A DNA stretch of 59,572 nucleotides, filler included, from Basidioascus undulatus (lineage: Eukaryota), in the NCBI GenBank assembly GCA_000826855.1. It is 10 parts of 10 records of this genome, joined end to end, with 100 filler letters (N's around TTAATTAATTAA, not from the genome) between each part and the next. Parts side by side here need not be neighbours in the genome. Positions count along the whole stretch, not along the records: positions 35,884 to 41,736 come from JTLS01001858.1; positions 41,837 to 47,682 come from JTLS01001859.1; positions 47,783 to 53,628 come from JTLS01001860.1; 7 more parts are not named here. One strand, written 5' to 3'. Position numbers and translations under genes: made by a program. The notes under the pieces are model-generated. The model was not told where the DNA came from and did no database searches. It saw only the letters and a program-made list of their open reading frames with translations. Positions 38,014-51,877 of this stretch are shown here, piece after piece; the first letter of the stretch is position 1; each line of letters starts with the position of its first letter.

Positions 38014-41000
38014 GGCGGCAGGAAGCGTGCAAATGGCGAGGACGATGGCGGCGACGAGAAGCCAACGACGCGCCGCCGCTCATAAAAGTCGCGTCCGGCT
38101 CACGAGCAGGCGTCGGCCCGCCCAGACGGGCTGACTTCGTCCACAACGGATGAGCGCCAAATCAAGTATATTTTCTCTGCCTGCTTTTTTAACCTATCTC
38201 TGCAGGTTTGAATTCAAGTCTTGGATGTGAAGGGGAACGGGTGGTCCCCAAGAGCGTTCAATGCAAGCGTTGCACGCACGGCCCTATTGGCTACGTCCGT
38301 GCAGTCAACTCATTCAGCGCAACCCTCCTGCACTTGTACATTAAATCATGCTGTGAGCTCGACAGAAAGTCGATATTCTCAATACCTGGCTGTGCTATGA
38401 GGACAGTCGGAACGCAACCCTATTTCCGGGTTCCCTCACGGAGCACTGTGAGCAGCAGTCGGGACGTTCACTTCCTGAGCCTGGAGTCTGCTTAGTGCCA
38501 GTCAGCTAAAAATACACCAAATTCCTTTATAGCAAAACGACCCCTCCTCGTCGAACAGGCCATATGCGCATCGACTGACTCCCACCCCGCCCCGGCTTGC
38601 TTCGTCGTTGAGCCGCCGCTTTCCGTGCCGTCGCGCACTGCTTTGTGGCCAATATTCGATCTAGAATATAGCAAGAGAGCTTAGTAAAATTACATGGGCC
38701 ATGTTTCCGGTCAAATACAAAGCAATCGTGGGTTCCTTCCTAACGTCCGGTGCGGGTGGACCGATGGGCAGGGGGACTAGCGCTATGAGTGCCGTTGGCG
38801 AATTTTGCAGTCGGAGGTGAAGGTGAGGAGGGAGCTGTATGATCTATTTTCAGGTGACCCTAATCCTCCATATTACCATCAGAAGCTTCTCGGAAAAAGC
38901 ATGTCGGCACATAACGAGTCAGGGGAAGTGCACTCCCAGTGCTCAGCAGCGCGTCTCGCTGAAGTGACAAACAGGCAGGCACTGCAAAGTACGCAGCAGG
39001 TTGGATTCTCTGAACGGTATTGCTCAGGCGGCGTCAACTTTCAGGTCGCGAGGTTGGTGAGCAACTTCAAAGGCAGCTAGCTACGCGGGAAGAGAGTATT
39101 CTGGAGCGCAAGTCCGGGGCTCATACTCGGGAGCACGAGGTGAAGGTGGTCCACTTCAGGAGAAGAAGGTCCAGAGCGTCTTGAGGAACTCTTACGACTT
39201 GAGATCGTCCGTGTTCTCGAAGAGTCAGAGCCTCTTTAAGAGGTTGCATAACCTGAGGTCGTCGGCAAACTGTTGTGACTGTTGTCTGGCGCCTTGGCCG
39301 GAAAGTCTATCTGGGCGGTTGTTCCGTCGTAGTTCATTAAAGGTTTAGCATAAATCCACGTCTTGAATAATAGCTGTGTTTGCGCTGCGCTCTGTGCTGG
39401 GCGGCGAGGAGACGGGTAGAGTGAACGGCCGCCACGGCCTGGAGTTGTGAGGCCACTCAATGCAGTCAAGATCAGACCCTATGTGCACACCACTTATCGG
39501 ATCCTTTCAGTACTCTATAATTAATAAGCATATAGATTCGGTTTCACTGTTCCGTCGCGCCTCACTCCCTCTGCACGCACCCGCACGCTGCCACCATGCT
39601 GTTTAACCAGTCCGACTGACGCGCATAGTGAGAGCTTGCCCACCCACAATTTGGTTTATACTGTAGTGTTTGGAGAGCACAGAATCAACCATTTCACCAG
39701 GATGTTTTATATATAAGCAGGAAAAGTACCCACTGGTCCCGAAATTTGGCTCGTCTGCGTGTGCCTCTAGGTGGAATGAGACGTCCGAGAAGCACCGAGA
39801 CCTGTGCTCCTCGCCGCGGAGCAATCCTGGAAGACGAAATAATTAAGATTACCAAAGCCTCACCACTGTCAAGAGACAAGTGACAACACATACATTTGGT
39901 CAACTGCCTCGCAAACATCCAGGACCGTTACCCAGGTGACGTTGCTGACGATGCAAGAGACAGTCGGTACGCGTTTGCGCCAGGACGCATTCAACTTAAC
40001 CTTGAGCTTTGAACTTGTGGCATAATTGAAAAGGCCACGTCAACCTGGCCGTGCTGAACCAAAGGCGAGAACCCAACCTCCTGTCCTCATCGTCGAACGC
40101 CGGCGAAAGGGTCGTCTGGTCCCGGGCGCCCAGAGACAGGATGGTACGTCACAAGAGATGAAATCTAGTCTGCCCTTCATTCTCCGAACTCGTATGTTGG
40201 TGCTAGTAAATAACAGGAGGTGAGGTCGAGGCTGGGTATACTGCTCGAGGACTCGAGCGGCCGCAAAAGTACGCCAAAGGAAGTCCCGTCCCCACCCGTA
40301 TCCTATGACTTCGAATAAAAAGTAAGAGGAAAATCAAGAAGGATGATACAGACGGTAGCTGTCGAAACTTACAGAAATATGGCATGCATTAAACGCAGTC
40401 GGTTTCCCCCCTGCACTTGGGCCAAGTCGTCACCTGGGCCCTCGCTTTGCGCACAGCGTGCGGGACTCCCCAGCGCTAACATGGACCAGCGGTAGGCCGA
40501 AGCCAGCGTCCTGGAACAGCCTCGATAGGAGTGCGGGGTCGACCGCAGCCCTCTATTGAGAGCAAGTGTGCGACAGGACCGTCGCGACGATAAGCGCGGG
40601 CGTCCCTGCGTCGCAGATGCGCAAGAGGAGCTCGAAGGGAAGAGCGATGCCGACATGGTCCTGCCAGTTCTGAAAAACTTTGGAAAGAGTTGGGTGGTCA
40701 AACGGGGAGCGCTACGCATGTTGAAGATGAGCGACGCGGGAAGCGGAACAAAAGGCGGCAACGACGGGGCAGTTATACCTGGTTTCTGAGTTCGGGCTGG
40801 GCTGGGAGGACAGTCCGAACCCAACGCAACGGCAATCCTCATTCCCACGCAAAGTGCACCAACGCAAGCAGTGACCAGGACATCCAATTCCAGAGGCTGA
40901 AGTTTGCTGATCACGTTAGTGAGCTCTTTTGTGGTTTGAGTCTCAGGGCTGAGAAAAGCCCATTAAGTTCTTGTTTCTGTACTCGCAGCCAGCTGGAGAA

Positions 41001-41836
41001 AGCGCTCAAGGAGCTCGAACGTGACTCTGAGAGCCCTGCTGGGTCTCTCACCGGCGCCAAAGACAAGTCCTCCAGTCCGTGATCTACCCTACCTTCAGCC
41101 CAGTGCTTTTGTTTCACGACACTCTCGGGCCCCCAGGCTCCTCAACACCCTCGAGCTACACAGCCTCGACATCGCCCAACATGCACGCCGTCCTCCTGAA
41201 AACAGCGTCAATCATCTTCTCCGCTTCGGGTTCGGGGAGTTCGTCCCCTTCCAAGATCAACCTCACTGGGGGGGTCCAGGTCTTTTCGAGCTTGGTGTAA
41301 ACGACGAAGTCCCTCGGGCCAAGAGACTGTGAACCTGTCCCCCTCTCCCTGCAGCCTGAAAGACTGACCTTTTGTCTGGTGCACAGATGCGACGTCTTCT
41401 TCAAGCGCCTTCCCGCATCCACCATTCTCGACGCCCGCGCTGTAAGCGTCGCTGGACCTCCCGCTCAAGGACCGCAGGAGCCCGCACCCATGCCTCTTCT
41501 TCGCCATCTATGCGTGCGCCACCCGCCTCAGCGGCGACCCTGCCCTGCTGCTGCTTGAGGATACGCTCTTGAAAAAGGCGACGTACCACTTGCACGAGGC
41601 GCTTGATCAGGACCTACCAAACCAAACTAAGCTCAGAAAGACTTTCGCGTTCGCTGCGTAGGCTGTAGTTGATTGAACGGTCCCGGTCAGGCATTTGCTC
41701 GACGTGCTGCGCGCTTATTTTCTCCTTGGGGTGGGCNNNNNNNNNNNNNNNNNNNNNNNNNNNNNNNNNNNNNNNNNNNNTTAATTAATTAANNNNNNNN
41801 NNNNNNNNNNNNNNNNNNNNNNNNNNNNNNNNNNNN

Positions 41837-41866
41837 CGTTCCTTGGCCCTTCTTTTTTGGTGCCAT
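41837..41866 (-). CDS. Start of an unidentified gene (MAPKKKGQGT...) at contig edge
   Basis: ATG at 41866 followed by a basic MAPKKK start; only 10 codons visible. Confidence 0.35.
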
Positions 41867-42844
41867 GCGCACTACGTTCCGCTGTTTCCTTCTGTAGTCG
41901 GGCGCCTGGACCTGGGTGGCGCGGAGGAGGAGGATGCGGGCAGCGTGCGACGCCTGGGAGGCGCAAGGGGGTGGGGCGAGTATGAGGTCCGGGGCGGGGA
42001 CGCGGATGAAGGGAGGGGAAGGGAGAGAGGGTGGTACGGCAGCGTGGGGGCGAGTCGCGGTAGAGGCACGCCGGCCGCTCGGGCGGCGAGTGGGGCTGGG
42101 AGTGCGAGGGGTAGCGTGAGCCCGAGGCCGGGGGAAGGGGGCGCTTGAGCCCCATGGAGACGACTTCCCGGTCTTCCCGCTTCGCGCGGAGCACCGGCGG
42201 CCTATGCCTCCCCTTCTGATCTTGCCCTCTGGAGGGATGGGCTGGACCCCGCTCCACTTTGGTTCAGCGCAGACCATTTTTGCGTGCTCCCGCTTGCATT
42301 GCCTATCTACCCTGTCGCTCGCTCTTGCTCGACTACCTCCCCACTCTTATCGTCGCTCATTCCCTCACCGCTACAACGCCTCCCTTCGTCTTCCTGTTGG
42401 CCCGCACATCTCCGGTCGCTGATCCACATGCATGGTTCTCAGCCATTTGTTGCGGTTTGATTTCGCTGGCGGTTACGCTGCATTTATTGAGAGCCCTGCG
42501 CGAATATCTTGCGTGACCGCTACGGATCGTCCCCAGGAGATGCCTGTCCCCGCGGTCCCGTTCACACGATTACTCTGCCAACCAGACAGTGAACTATGGC
42601 TTGAAGCATACGGACCAAAGGGACATTGGGTCGTGCAGGGAAAGAAGCGAACGAGTGGTCTTTTTAGAAACAGCGATTCGAATGACATTTCAAAGATGTA
42701 CGAGAGAGGGCTTTCTTGAAGTGTAGAGGATGAGGTGGGTTGGTGTCTGAACGATGCGGGCGTGTTATGTATATCACCAGCTCTTTTCCGGATGCGGATT
42801 CAACATTTTAGCCGAGCTTTCTTGGGGTAGGGGTATGCGGATGT

Positions 42845-43952
42845 TCATTGCAAGCGGTCGAGAAAATGGAACAACCAATGAGAAGAATCAGAGCAGCGCG
42901 ACACGGTACAAGCAAACTGGCCCCCCTCAAGCGTCCCCCAGCCCCACAGCGTCCCATCTGCGACTGCATTTTCAAGCCAATTCCAGCCATGCTCGACCAC
43001 AATTGTCCCTATGTTGGCGCTGGAAGGCTCAGATATGTGAATGGCGAGGAACGTGTCGAATTTGGCATTCCATTCGTCCAGGTCGTACGTTTCCGTTCCA
43101 TGACTCAAAGGCAAGAGGAAAATAAGTTTCTTCAAGTAATGCGCATCTTGGACGAACCTCTTGATACCGATCACGTAAAGCTCCTCATATACCACATACC
43201 GCCCTATTCCAATCGATCCAGGCGCGGGCAGGGCCAGGTGAGACGAGAAGCGGCATATCGAGGAGGTGATGAACTGCATGGGAACGAGCGAAGTTGGCGT
43301 GTACAAACAGGTGCGTCAAATTTAAAAACTTTGGGATGATGGCGCCAGTCTTCTAAGTACCCGCGCGGGAGCGCAAGCTGTTGCAGCTGCAGAGGGAACA
43401 AGTTCGAAGGTTCGAAGCGGCCGTGCTCGTTTGGACGAATGCAGTGCCAAGCGCAGGAGCTTGTGGCCCTCGGCGCACAAGAATATATTCAAGTACTGAG
43501 GAAACTTTGTCTTTGATGTTGTCCAGGCGTAGCAGGAGGACCGTCTCGGTCGTCGCGATCCAGGCGCGCATTCCTGGAATATAGCGTAAGAAGTGACAAA
43601 GACGGCGAACGCTCTTTGCGGGGTCGTCTCCCCAGACTGAGTCCCTCAAGTCAACTGTCGAGTAGAGCATAGGCCTGGCGAGGGCATGGACCGAGCGCGA
43701 GATGAGGCAAAGCGAGGCGAGCGTTTCGATCAATGCCTTTGTGGACGGGCCACGGGGCTGCCCGAGCGAGAACTTCGCAACTTTGCCGATGATGAGTTTG
43801 AAAATATCGAAATGGAGACGAGGAGCGAGGTTTTCGCGTGGAGGTAGAGGCTGGAGACTCGGAAGTTTGCGAGCGGAGGAGCTGGTAGGCAAGGTGGCGA
43901 CAATGGAGGTTGGAGGTCGAAAGCAAGAGGAAGCACGCGGCAGCGGGGCCAA
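42845..43952 (-). CDS. F-box-like protein (start codon and integrity uncertain)
   Basis: LHFDIFKLII...TLASLCLISRSVHALARPMLYSTVDL is a typical basidiomycete F-box-like signature. A probable second exon lies at 42845-43340. Confidence 0.55.
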
Positions 43953-45446
43953 GCATGTCAGCCTGCGCTGAGTTCGAAGAGACCGTGATTTGGTTTCGAC
44001 CGATTGCCGCAGACGGATTGGTTTTCTTTAGGCCATCGTTTGTCAGTGTGCAATTCGCGGTCTTCAGCTGCATGCCAGCCTTCGACGTTGGACTGCAATC
44101 ACTTTGGGTCTGCCGGGGTCCTTCCTTTGCTGGCAAGGTTCGTGCAAACAAACCTCGACTCTCAACCAACAGACTCTGGAAGTATCTTCGTGGGAGCCGC
44201 GGGCAGCGTTATCCACCGGCTCATGGGTACCACAGAGCCACGAGGGCCGCAAACGTGCCAAGTTACCTTGCAGAGGAGAAAGGAGGCGGAGATTGTCACG
44301 GCCCGCTTGCGGGCTGTTACTCATAGATCTGATCGCTAACACCCGCAAGGCTGAGCTGTTTAACAGGAACGGTGTATCCTGTGATGATGCACAATGTTTG
44401 AAAGGTAGGGCATCGTCTTCTCGGCATAATGAGCGGGCAATGTACTGTTTGCATGCGCCAGGTCGATTGGAGGGGCTATGAGATTACTTGAGAAGAGGAA
44501 AAACGTTGGAAGAAGAAGTCTATCTCCCTACGCAGCCACTGAAAGCGGCAATATTAATGTTCCAGGCCGCCAGGACCGCAAGTCAAGCGTTACACCCTCT
44601 CCGACTCACTTCAGTTTACGTTTCACCGTGAACGCCCGTCTCCCGCTGCCGATGCTGCCACAGCAATATGGATTCGTCGGTAACTTTCTGCCTTTTTTTC
44701 AAAAATCTCGGCTGCGACCGTTAGCGGGTGGGGAAAGCTTTCAGTGCTGCACGCAGGGGAGGATGTGTGGATCTCGACTTTGCATCAGGGTCGGGAAGAG
44801 AGTAAAGCAGTACAGGAAGATAAAAGATCTATTAGAGGGGATAGTGCTTTACGGATGTCAAGGCCGTCAGTGGGAACGGCAACAGCGCGGATGGCGAAGC
44901 CTGAGGTTGGCCTGAAGGCTCGGTAATTTGGTTACCATCAGCCGCATAGACCATCGGAGAGATTTTCCGTTCGTACAGTTCTGTGGTTGATGAAGCGCAT
45001 GAACAGTCTGATTCAACCACACGCATATGAAGGACCTTGGAATTTCGGTATTGGCAGAATAGCGGGAGCCGAGGAAAGCAAGCTGATGCGATACGGAGGT
45101 GATGCACGAAGACCCACAGCAGGTCCCCTTTTTCATGTATACAAGTGCAACACGCCAACCAGATAGCCCCCGTCCATCAAAAACCGAATCAGGGGCCGAA
45201 GTCCTTCCGCTCTTCTAATTCCCTCGAGAGTTAGAATCCTCCCGCACCCATCTTCGAACCCCGCTGCCCGGCGTGACACGGACAAGAAGGTTGTTGCCGC
45301 CAGCAATACCGGTGACTGTAACGAGCCCGACTGTACGCCTCGGAGCCTCGACAGGGTCGCCCAGGCGGCTGCTTCCCGTGGAGGCGTGGTAATAAAGGAA
45401 TGGAGTGAGACCGAGCTTCAGTTGGGGTTGACGCCGAGACCCAGTA

Positions 45447-45680
45447 CTCACTTGGACTCCTCGATCGCCCCTTGTCCTGCACTGTTGACAAGCGCGTCGA
45501 CCGGCCCGTACAGCTTCCAAGCAACTGGCAGCGCATCTCCGAACCACTTGGTTTCCTACTGAGCAAACCGGTCAACTTTGGTCGGCTCCGCAGCCTTTTT
45601 GTCCAGCTCAGCTTGGGCGAGGCTCAGATCGAGTGCAAGCACATGAGCGCCTTGGGCAGAGAGCCGGGCAGGCGAAGTAC
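45447..45680 (-). pseudogene. Short-chain dehydrogenase/reductase relic
   Basis: RLSAQGAHVLALD...*...AWKLYGPVDALVNSAGQGAIEE resembles the SDR G.(I/V)D.LVNNAG motif. There is an in-frame stop at ~45556 and no intact TGxxxGxG. Confidence 0.5.
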
Positions 45681-46222
45681 GGCACGCTTCGACGGGCAGC
45701 GCAGCGCAGGGTTGGGGCAAAGTATAGCCCAGACGATAGGGCAATTGTCGATCGATGGAAAGGATTCGAAGTTCTGTCCGTGGGGACATGGAACCGCAAG
45801 TATGGCGGACCGTGAGCATTTGCGAGACTCAAACCGCAGGACATGCCAATGAGCACTACGAGATACCCATGGAAACCCATGGTCTGGAGATTTGGAGAGA
45901 TGGTTCGATCGGAGCGACAGCAGGGTGTGCGTTCAGACGGGATGCTGGACAGGCAAGATATTGCGAAAAGCTCAGGTAACGTGAGAAGACGTCTCGAAGC
46001 TTGTGAACCCCAGACCTTGTGTCTTGGTTATCTGGCAAACTAGAGCTCGCCGTATCCTCCAACGTAAAGAAGGTGTATGGAAGCAATGCACTGTTGATCG
46101 GGGCGCTGTGATAAAGTACTGTGCCGGCGTGGGCGGACGGATTGCGTGGAAGCGGAAGCGGGGATCAGTGAACGCTATGATGCGGCACAGCTACAGGAAT
46201 TAAGACTCACCCAGAAATCCCT

Positions 46223-46531
46223 TCATGCCAAACCCCCTCTCCACCAACCCCCCGCCTCCTCCCTAATCTCCAGCGTCTTCACCAGCCTGCCCGGAACCAT
46301 GACCATCCCGACCCACCTCCCCTCCTCGCGTTCCTTCTCGCCCTCCTGCCCGAGGTCGAGCTCCGAGCGCCAGACCTCCCCCTCGCGCGGCGGGGGCCGC
46401 TCGCGCGCGGCGGTGAGGATGATGTTCTCCTCTGGGTCGAGGAGCGCGAACGTCCCCGTGAGCGTGCGCCCGTCCGTTAGGGAGACGCGGAGAGTGCGGT
46501 TGAGCAGGAGGCGCGCGGAGAGGGACGTCAT
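46223..46531 (-). CDS. LSM-domain protein, likely NatC auxiliary subunit Mak31/Naa38 (102 aa, intronless)
   Basis: LLNRTLRVSLTDGRTLTGTFALLDPEENIILTAARE...RWVGMVMVPGRLVKTLE shows the Sm1/Sm2 motifs with the Naa38-type G.VMVPG signature. Confidence 0.8.
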   Translation of the reverse strand: MTSLSARLLLNRTLRVSLTDGRTLTGTFALLDPEENIILTAARERPPPREGEVWRSELDLGQEGEKEREEGRWVGMVMVPGRLVKTLEIREEAGGWWRGGLA

Positions 46532-47587
46532 TGGCGCATTGGGAGAGCGCGCAGATGAGAAGATAGTCTGATAGGGAGGTTGGGTGGGGGGAAGGTGAAG
46601 AATAGGCGAGGGAGCTAATAATGGTGGAGCGCGAAGACGCGTTGCGGCTAGGAGAAGCGTCTGCCGCCAAATTACGCGCATAGCCTGCAGGAAAACGGCA
46701 TGTCTCATCAACCAATTTTGAGCTGAACGAAAGAGCTTTTAGCTTCCTTTTGGTTTCAAAATATATCATCTATGTTTCAGTAGTTTCAGTACCAGCCTTG
46801 GGGAGATACTGTCAGTGGGGGGCGAAACCTGCGAGAAGTCCATATGTCGCAGTGTTCGGAGCATCTAGCACGACCGTGCTTGCATTCTGGTCAATTCAGT
46901 GGACGAAAAGGGTGCTTTAACGGTGTTTACCTTGCGGCCAGACGGACACAGAAGCCGTCAGTGTGCTTCTCGTAGGCCGCTCGATAGCTCGAAACCGCAG
47001 CTCGCCAGTGTCAACTGCAACGATGGACAATGCCAGTTTCCTCTCTTTCTCTCAGGAGGCAAAATGATCAGACTGTTTCTTGAGTGAAGCATTTCCATCA
47101 GATGGTGAGGCCATAATGGCCCTCAGACGGCAACATAGCTCAACTAGTGAAGTCAGTCTAAAGGAAACTTGGTGGGATATGGTTCTGTTCCCAATAAATT
47201 TAATTGTGGCCACACTCACATCTAGGTCGACCTTTCAAACTAGTAGCTGAAGCATGTCCTTCAAAATTTTTGAAGGCGGACGGAGAAGAAGCCCTGTTGC
47301 CCTTCCCCTTGCAGGACGCAGTCAGGCAAGCTTTCACGGAGGACGTCTGTTCGCCACACGAGCAGGGGATTCAGGCAAAATCGTTTGATCTATCGCCTTA
47401 CATAAACTATTCTGAAGGAATCTAGCACGGCAGGCGAGGTGCCACCTGCAGCGCGACTCCGCGGCGGCGGCGTTGGCGACGGGCGGAAGGCACAGCTGCC
47501 CACGTCTTTCTTTGCCTCCCCTCATCATCTTGCTCTATACAGCCTCCCAGCTCGCATCCCAGCCCATACCCTCACCCTGTAAAAACC

Positions 47588-47682
47588 ATGTCCTCCCCCT
47601 CTCCCAGCGCCCCCGCCCCGACCTCCGCCCAGCCCGGCGCGGGCCACCGCAGCGGTTCCGACTCCTCGTCGGTGGACGGCCC
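47588..47682 (+). CDS. Start of an unidentified gene (MSSPSPSAPAP...) at contig edge
   Basis: ATG in an aaaaccATG context, downstream of a TATA-like element at ~47535 and a pyrimidine-rich leader. Confidence 0.4.
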
Positions 47683-48259
47683 NNNNNNNNNNNNNNNNNN
47701 NNNNNNNNNNNNNNNNNNNNNNNNNNTTAATTAATTAANNNNNNNNNNNNNNNNNNNNNNNNNNNNNNNNNNNNNNNNNNNNAGTCGGTACGCCGCAGGG
47801 AAGAGCAGAGAAGAGAGAATGCAGGGGGGGGGGCGGATGAATGAGTGTGCCAGGAGACACGGATTGCAGTTCTTGGCGGTGAGATGTGCCGGCACCTTTG
47901 GCGCTGACGTTGGGCTTCCGGTCACGCGTTGCGGACCTCGGGGAATCAGTTGTGCCTATATAAACTGACTGTCCTGCTTGAGCATTCAAGTGGAAAGAAG
48001 TCCCTTCAGCGGCGCTCCAGGCTGCTAGCTGATTCAGCCTTCTGTTACGGTGCTGTCTCGAGTCTCGAGGGGCCTGCGCAAGGTCTTACCTCTGACTTGC
48101 CTCGAGCGTCAGCCGCGCGCTCCGAAGTGTAGAACCAGTAACGATACGATATTGTCGGTAGCAAAATGAAGACCATACAAAATTGTTTTACTTCCTTGGT
48201 CTCCAGAATCCCCAAAATAAGGGCGAGGAGGGGTCCCAGTTGAGCTGCGAACCACGCGA

Positions 48260-48620
48260 GATAAAAGAAGATAAGGAGCCGCGGTGCCCCGCATGCAGCC
48301 TGTCCAGCCGCCTGTCAACACTGGGTTTTATGGCTGCAGCTCGCAGTCGCTTATCGGTCCACTTCACGGTTCCAACCTCTCACAGCCCGTCTTGTTGTTT
48401 ATCTTTCCTTCCAGAGTGCGAGGAGCGACGACGATCACAAGCCACGTCCCAAGCCTCGGGGGTGGTGCTCCCAGATCCTTCCCGGTTCTTGGCCGAACCT
48501 TTTGGCGGTCATTGCGGTGTTCTTTGCTGGTGGAGGAGGCTCCTTGAGAAAGATAAGGGAAGTACTCCTGAGTTACTAAGACTTCGAGGGAGCGACGCTG
48601 GGTGACAGTTCGAGAGATAA
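48260..48620. promoter_or_regulatory. Cluster of six GATAA sites upstream of the nitrate transporter (putative AreA/Nit2-type nitrogen regulation)
   Basis: GATAA at 48260, 48270, 48552 and 48616; TTATC at 48351 and 48399. Confidence 0.65.
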
Positions 48621-48731
48621 GGCTCTCCCTCATATAGCTGAAAGACGTCGCTGCGTTGTCCGACACCTTACCCTTCCCTCTTCTTACACAAGCATCCCTT
48701 TCTCCGCCATCCTCAATATATTACCGAAGCA

Positions 48732-51088
48732 ATGAAAGTCTACAACCTGTGGGCAGCCCCGGAGGTGAACTTCCTCAACGGCAAGGCCAAGAGCGTCCCT
48801 TTCCTCAACCCCATCAACAAGTACGGCCGTGTGTTCTTCGTGTCATGGATCTCTTTCATGCTGAGTTTCATGTGTAAGACGTGTTCTTGACAATCTTGAT
48901 AACACAAGCTGACAGTGTACCCTTGCAGCCTGGTATGCATTCCCACCGCTGCTCTCCAAGACCATCAAGCAAGATGTGAGTGCGACTGTGGACCGGCGTT
49001 CAATACCTCTCTCCTGACATGCCGATCTTTTCAAGCTCCACTTGACACAAATCCAGGTATCGAACTCGAACATTGTCGCACTCGTCGCTGGTCTCTTTGT
49101 GCGTCTCATGTACAGTCTGTCCTCAGACTTGGTCTACTGACGCTTTCCATGCAGATGCGCTTTATCACTGGCCCTGCATGTGATCGTTGGGGACCGCGCA
49201 AGGTGTGTGATTCTTTGAGAAGTGGTTGATGCGAGGGGACCTGAAATGGAAGTTGAAATAGGTTATGGTTGCTATTCTCATGCTCGGCGCCATTCCCACT
49301 GGTCTTGCCGGTACTATCAGCAGCGCGAATAGCCTCTACATCGTCGTACGTCTGACGATACAGGGAAGACCCTGTCTCTGCTGCGAGACTAATGAATCCT
49401 CTTTCTCAGCGTTTCTTCGTGGGCATCGTCGGGGCCAGGTAAGCGAGCCCAATGGACGTCTTCTTTTCCGCAGGTCGCTGATGTTCCGAGCGCATGATAG
49501 CTTCGTGCCTTGCCAGGTCTACTGCACTGGTTTCTTCGACAAAAGCGTCGTCGGCACGGCCAACGCGTTCGCTGCGGGTATGTCGCCGCTTACCACAATG
49601 CAGTTTGAGAACCATCGAGTGACCCTCCTGTTTCTAGGATGGGGTAACGCTGGAGGCGGTATCACCTACTTCGTCATGCCTGCCGTTTTCGACTCCTTGG
49701 TCAAGCGCCAGAACTTGACTGCGCACGTTGCATGGAGGGTGGCTTTCATTGTTCCTTGCATTCTCCTTCTCGGTAAGCTCTCCAAGCTGTTTCACATGGG
49801 CTGTAGAACTAATTCAGCCTCCGACAGCGACCGGCGCTTTCGTCCTCTTCTGCTGCGAAGACACTCCCACCGGTGCTTGGGCGTATGTTAGCTTCTACGT
49901 TTTGCGTGCTACAGCTAAGATCTTTCTCCACAGTGACCGCCACCTTCACGCCGCTGTTGCTGCTCCCATCGAGCACAACCACGTCGAGACCCCTTCTGAG
50001 AAGGACTCCGTCGACAAGGAGTCCAAGAAGACTGTCACCGCAGCCGACGGCTCTGTGGTCGAGGTCGCCGAGGCGCAGGCTCCCGCAGGCACCGGCCACG
50101 TCGAGATCGTCGAAAAGCCGTCCCTCAAGACTGCGATCCCCGCCCTCTTTTGCTTGCAGACCCTCATGCTTGCGCTTCCCTATGCTTGCACTTTCGGCGG
50201 AGAGGTCAGCTTGTTTCTTATGTGGGTAGCCGCTGAAAATATTAGTACTGACATCCTTTCCTTGTGCAGCTTGCGGTCAACTCGATCTTGGGTGCCTACT
50301 ATCTCAAGCACTTCCCGAGCTTTGGACAAACAGAATCTGGACGTTGGGCGAGCATGTTCGGTCTCGTGCGTTTCTCTGTGCTTCTGTACCCTATGAGGTT
50401 CTGACCGGAAATTCTTCGTTTCAGATGAACGTGGTCACCCGCCCTCTCGGCGGATTCATCGCTGACGGCCTCTACAACTGGGCCGGCCCCATGCGCGGCG
50501 TCCACATGAAGAAGGCGTGGCACGTCTTCCTTGTTCTCATGCAGGGTACGTGAATCATTTGGTAGTTCGAGTATAAAATAATCCTCTTAGGCATATCCAT
50601 ACTCTGCCACAGGAGTCTTCTGTATGGCCATTGGTTTCGCGGACCCCAAGGAGTTCAGCACTCTCATCGGCCTCGTCGCGGGTTTGGCAATCTTCATGGA
50701 TGCGGCGAACGGCTCCGCATTTGCATTGGTCCCACATGTGAGCGAGTCCCATATTAGACTCGCACGGGAAGCAAGCTCATTCTTCACTCCAGGTCAACCC
50801 GCATGTCAACGGTCTGATGAGCGGGACCATCGGCGCCGTTGGCAACCTCGGCGGCGTGATGTTCGCGGTTCGTCACAGTGTAGCTTTCACAGTGCACCTT
50901 CCTTCGGCTAACTGAGAACACTGAATCCCATATAGGTCTGCTTCCGGTTCACGCAGGCCGCAGGCTACGGCTACAACCGGGGCATCTGGATCATCGGCGT
51001 CTGCACTGCAGCTATCGCACTCTTGATCGCCCCCATTCACCCCATCCCCCGGCCCCAGCGGCGAAACGGAGGATATATGAGCTCTTAA
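48732..51088 (+). CDS. nrtA: High-affinity nitrate/nitrite transporter NrtA/CrnA/Ynt1 (MFS, NNP family), multi-exon
   Basis: [82 protein letters not shown] (nitrate signature); [52 protein letters not shown]. Confidence 0.96.
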
Positions 51089-51877
51089 TTTCCACTACCG
51101 TATTGTCCATTTTGCACTAGGGGTTTCATAGATAGCGAGTAGATGCTCGAATGTATAACATTGGTCGACGCGACTCCACGTTCCTCGTAGGCGTCAGCGA
51201 TGCACTGAGTTTGCGAGAAAATTTGGTGCCCTTAGCATTGCTATCCTCCTCACCCTTATGTCGAAATTACACGTAAGTTATGTTGCAAACAGGGAGTCTT
51301 TCACCGTGCAGGCATTTTTCCGGCACATCGAACGTATCCTCACTGCACGACACTCGCCATACCGCGACATCCAGGTGAGCTCCAATTCCCATACATCGCT
51401 TTTCTTCGTGCGCTTGTCACTCACACTTTCTCTGTCGAATAATTATAAGTGGCCCGCTCCGTGGGCCGCAACGCTTGACTGCATAATCCGTATCGTGATT
51501 GGGCACGAGTTCGGGTGGACGGTCCCGGACGAGGTTCGAACGGCGTTTCTGGAAAGCATCCCTCGCATGGTAGAGCGAGTAAGAGTATTTTTACCAAGTC
51601 GAAACGAGTTCATTCTTACAACCAAAGTGCAGATGTGGGAAAACCGTCGCTACCTGGAGCTCAAGGTTTCCTTCGCCGAAAGCACCCGAAATCGTGTGAG
51701 CGCAATCTCCCATCACGCGCTGTTCACGCTGCGCGCTCCGAGTCTTCTGTTTCTGCCCAGCTACCACTATGAAGATATAGATGTTACAAGCTAGCTTTCT
51801 AGTTTCATGAAAGTCGAGCCTCGCCATTGCCCTCCTAACAACAGTGTGGCTCAACCTGTCCGCGACGTCTGAATTCA

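Noticed and set aside
38200..41736. Short ORFs upstream of POL31, including 41156-41595
   Set aside because: Fragmentary with stops and no recognisable family; possibly relics, but not supportable.
47106..47125. GGCCATAATGGCC SfiI-like palindrome (possible cloning adapter)
   Set aside because: No flanking adapter sequence and a single internal occurrence; consistent with chance.
48276..48286. NirA binding site near CCGCGG
   Set aside because: Does not match CTCCGHGG on either strand.
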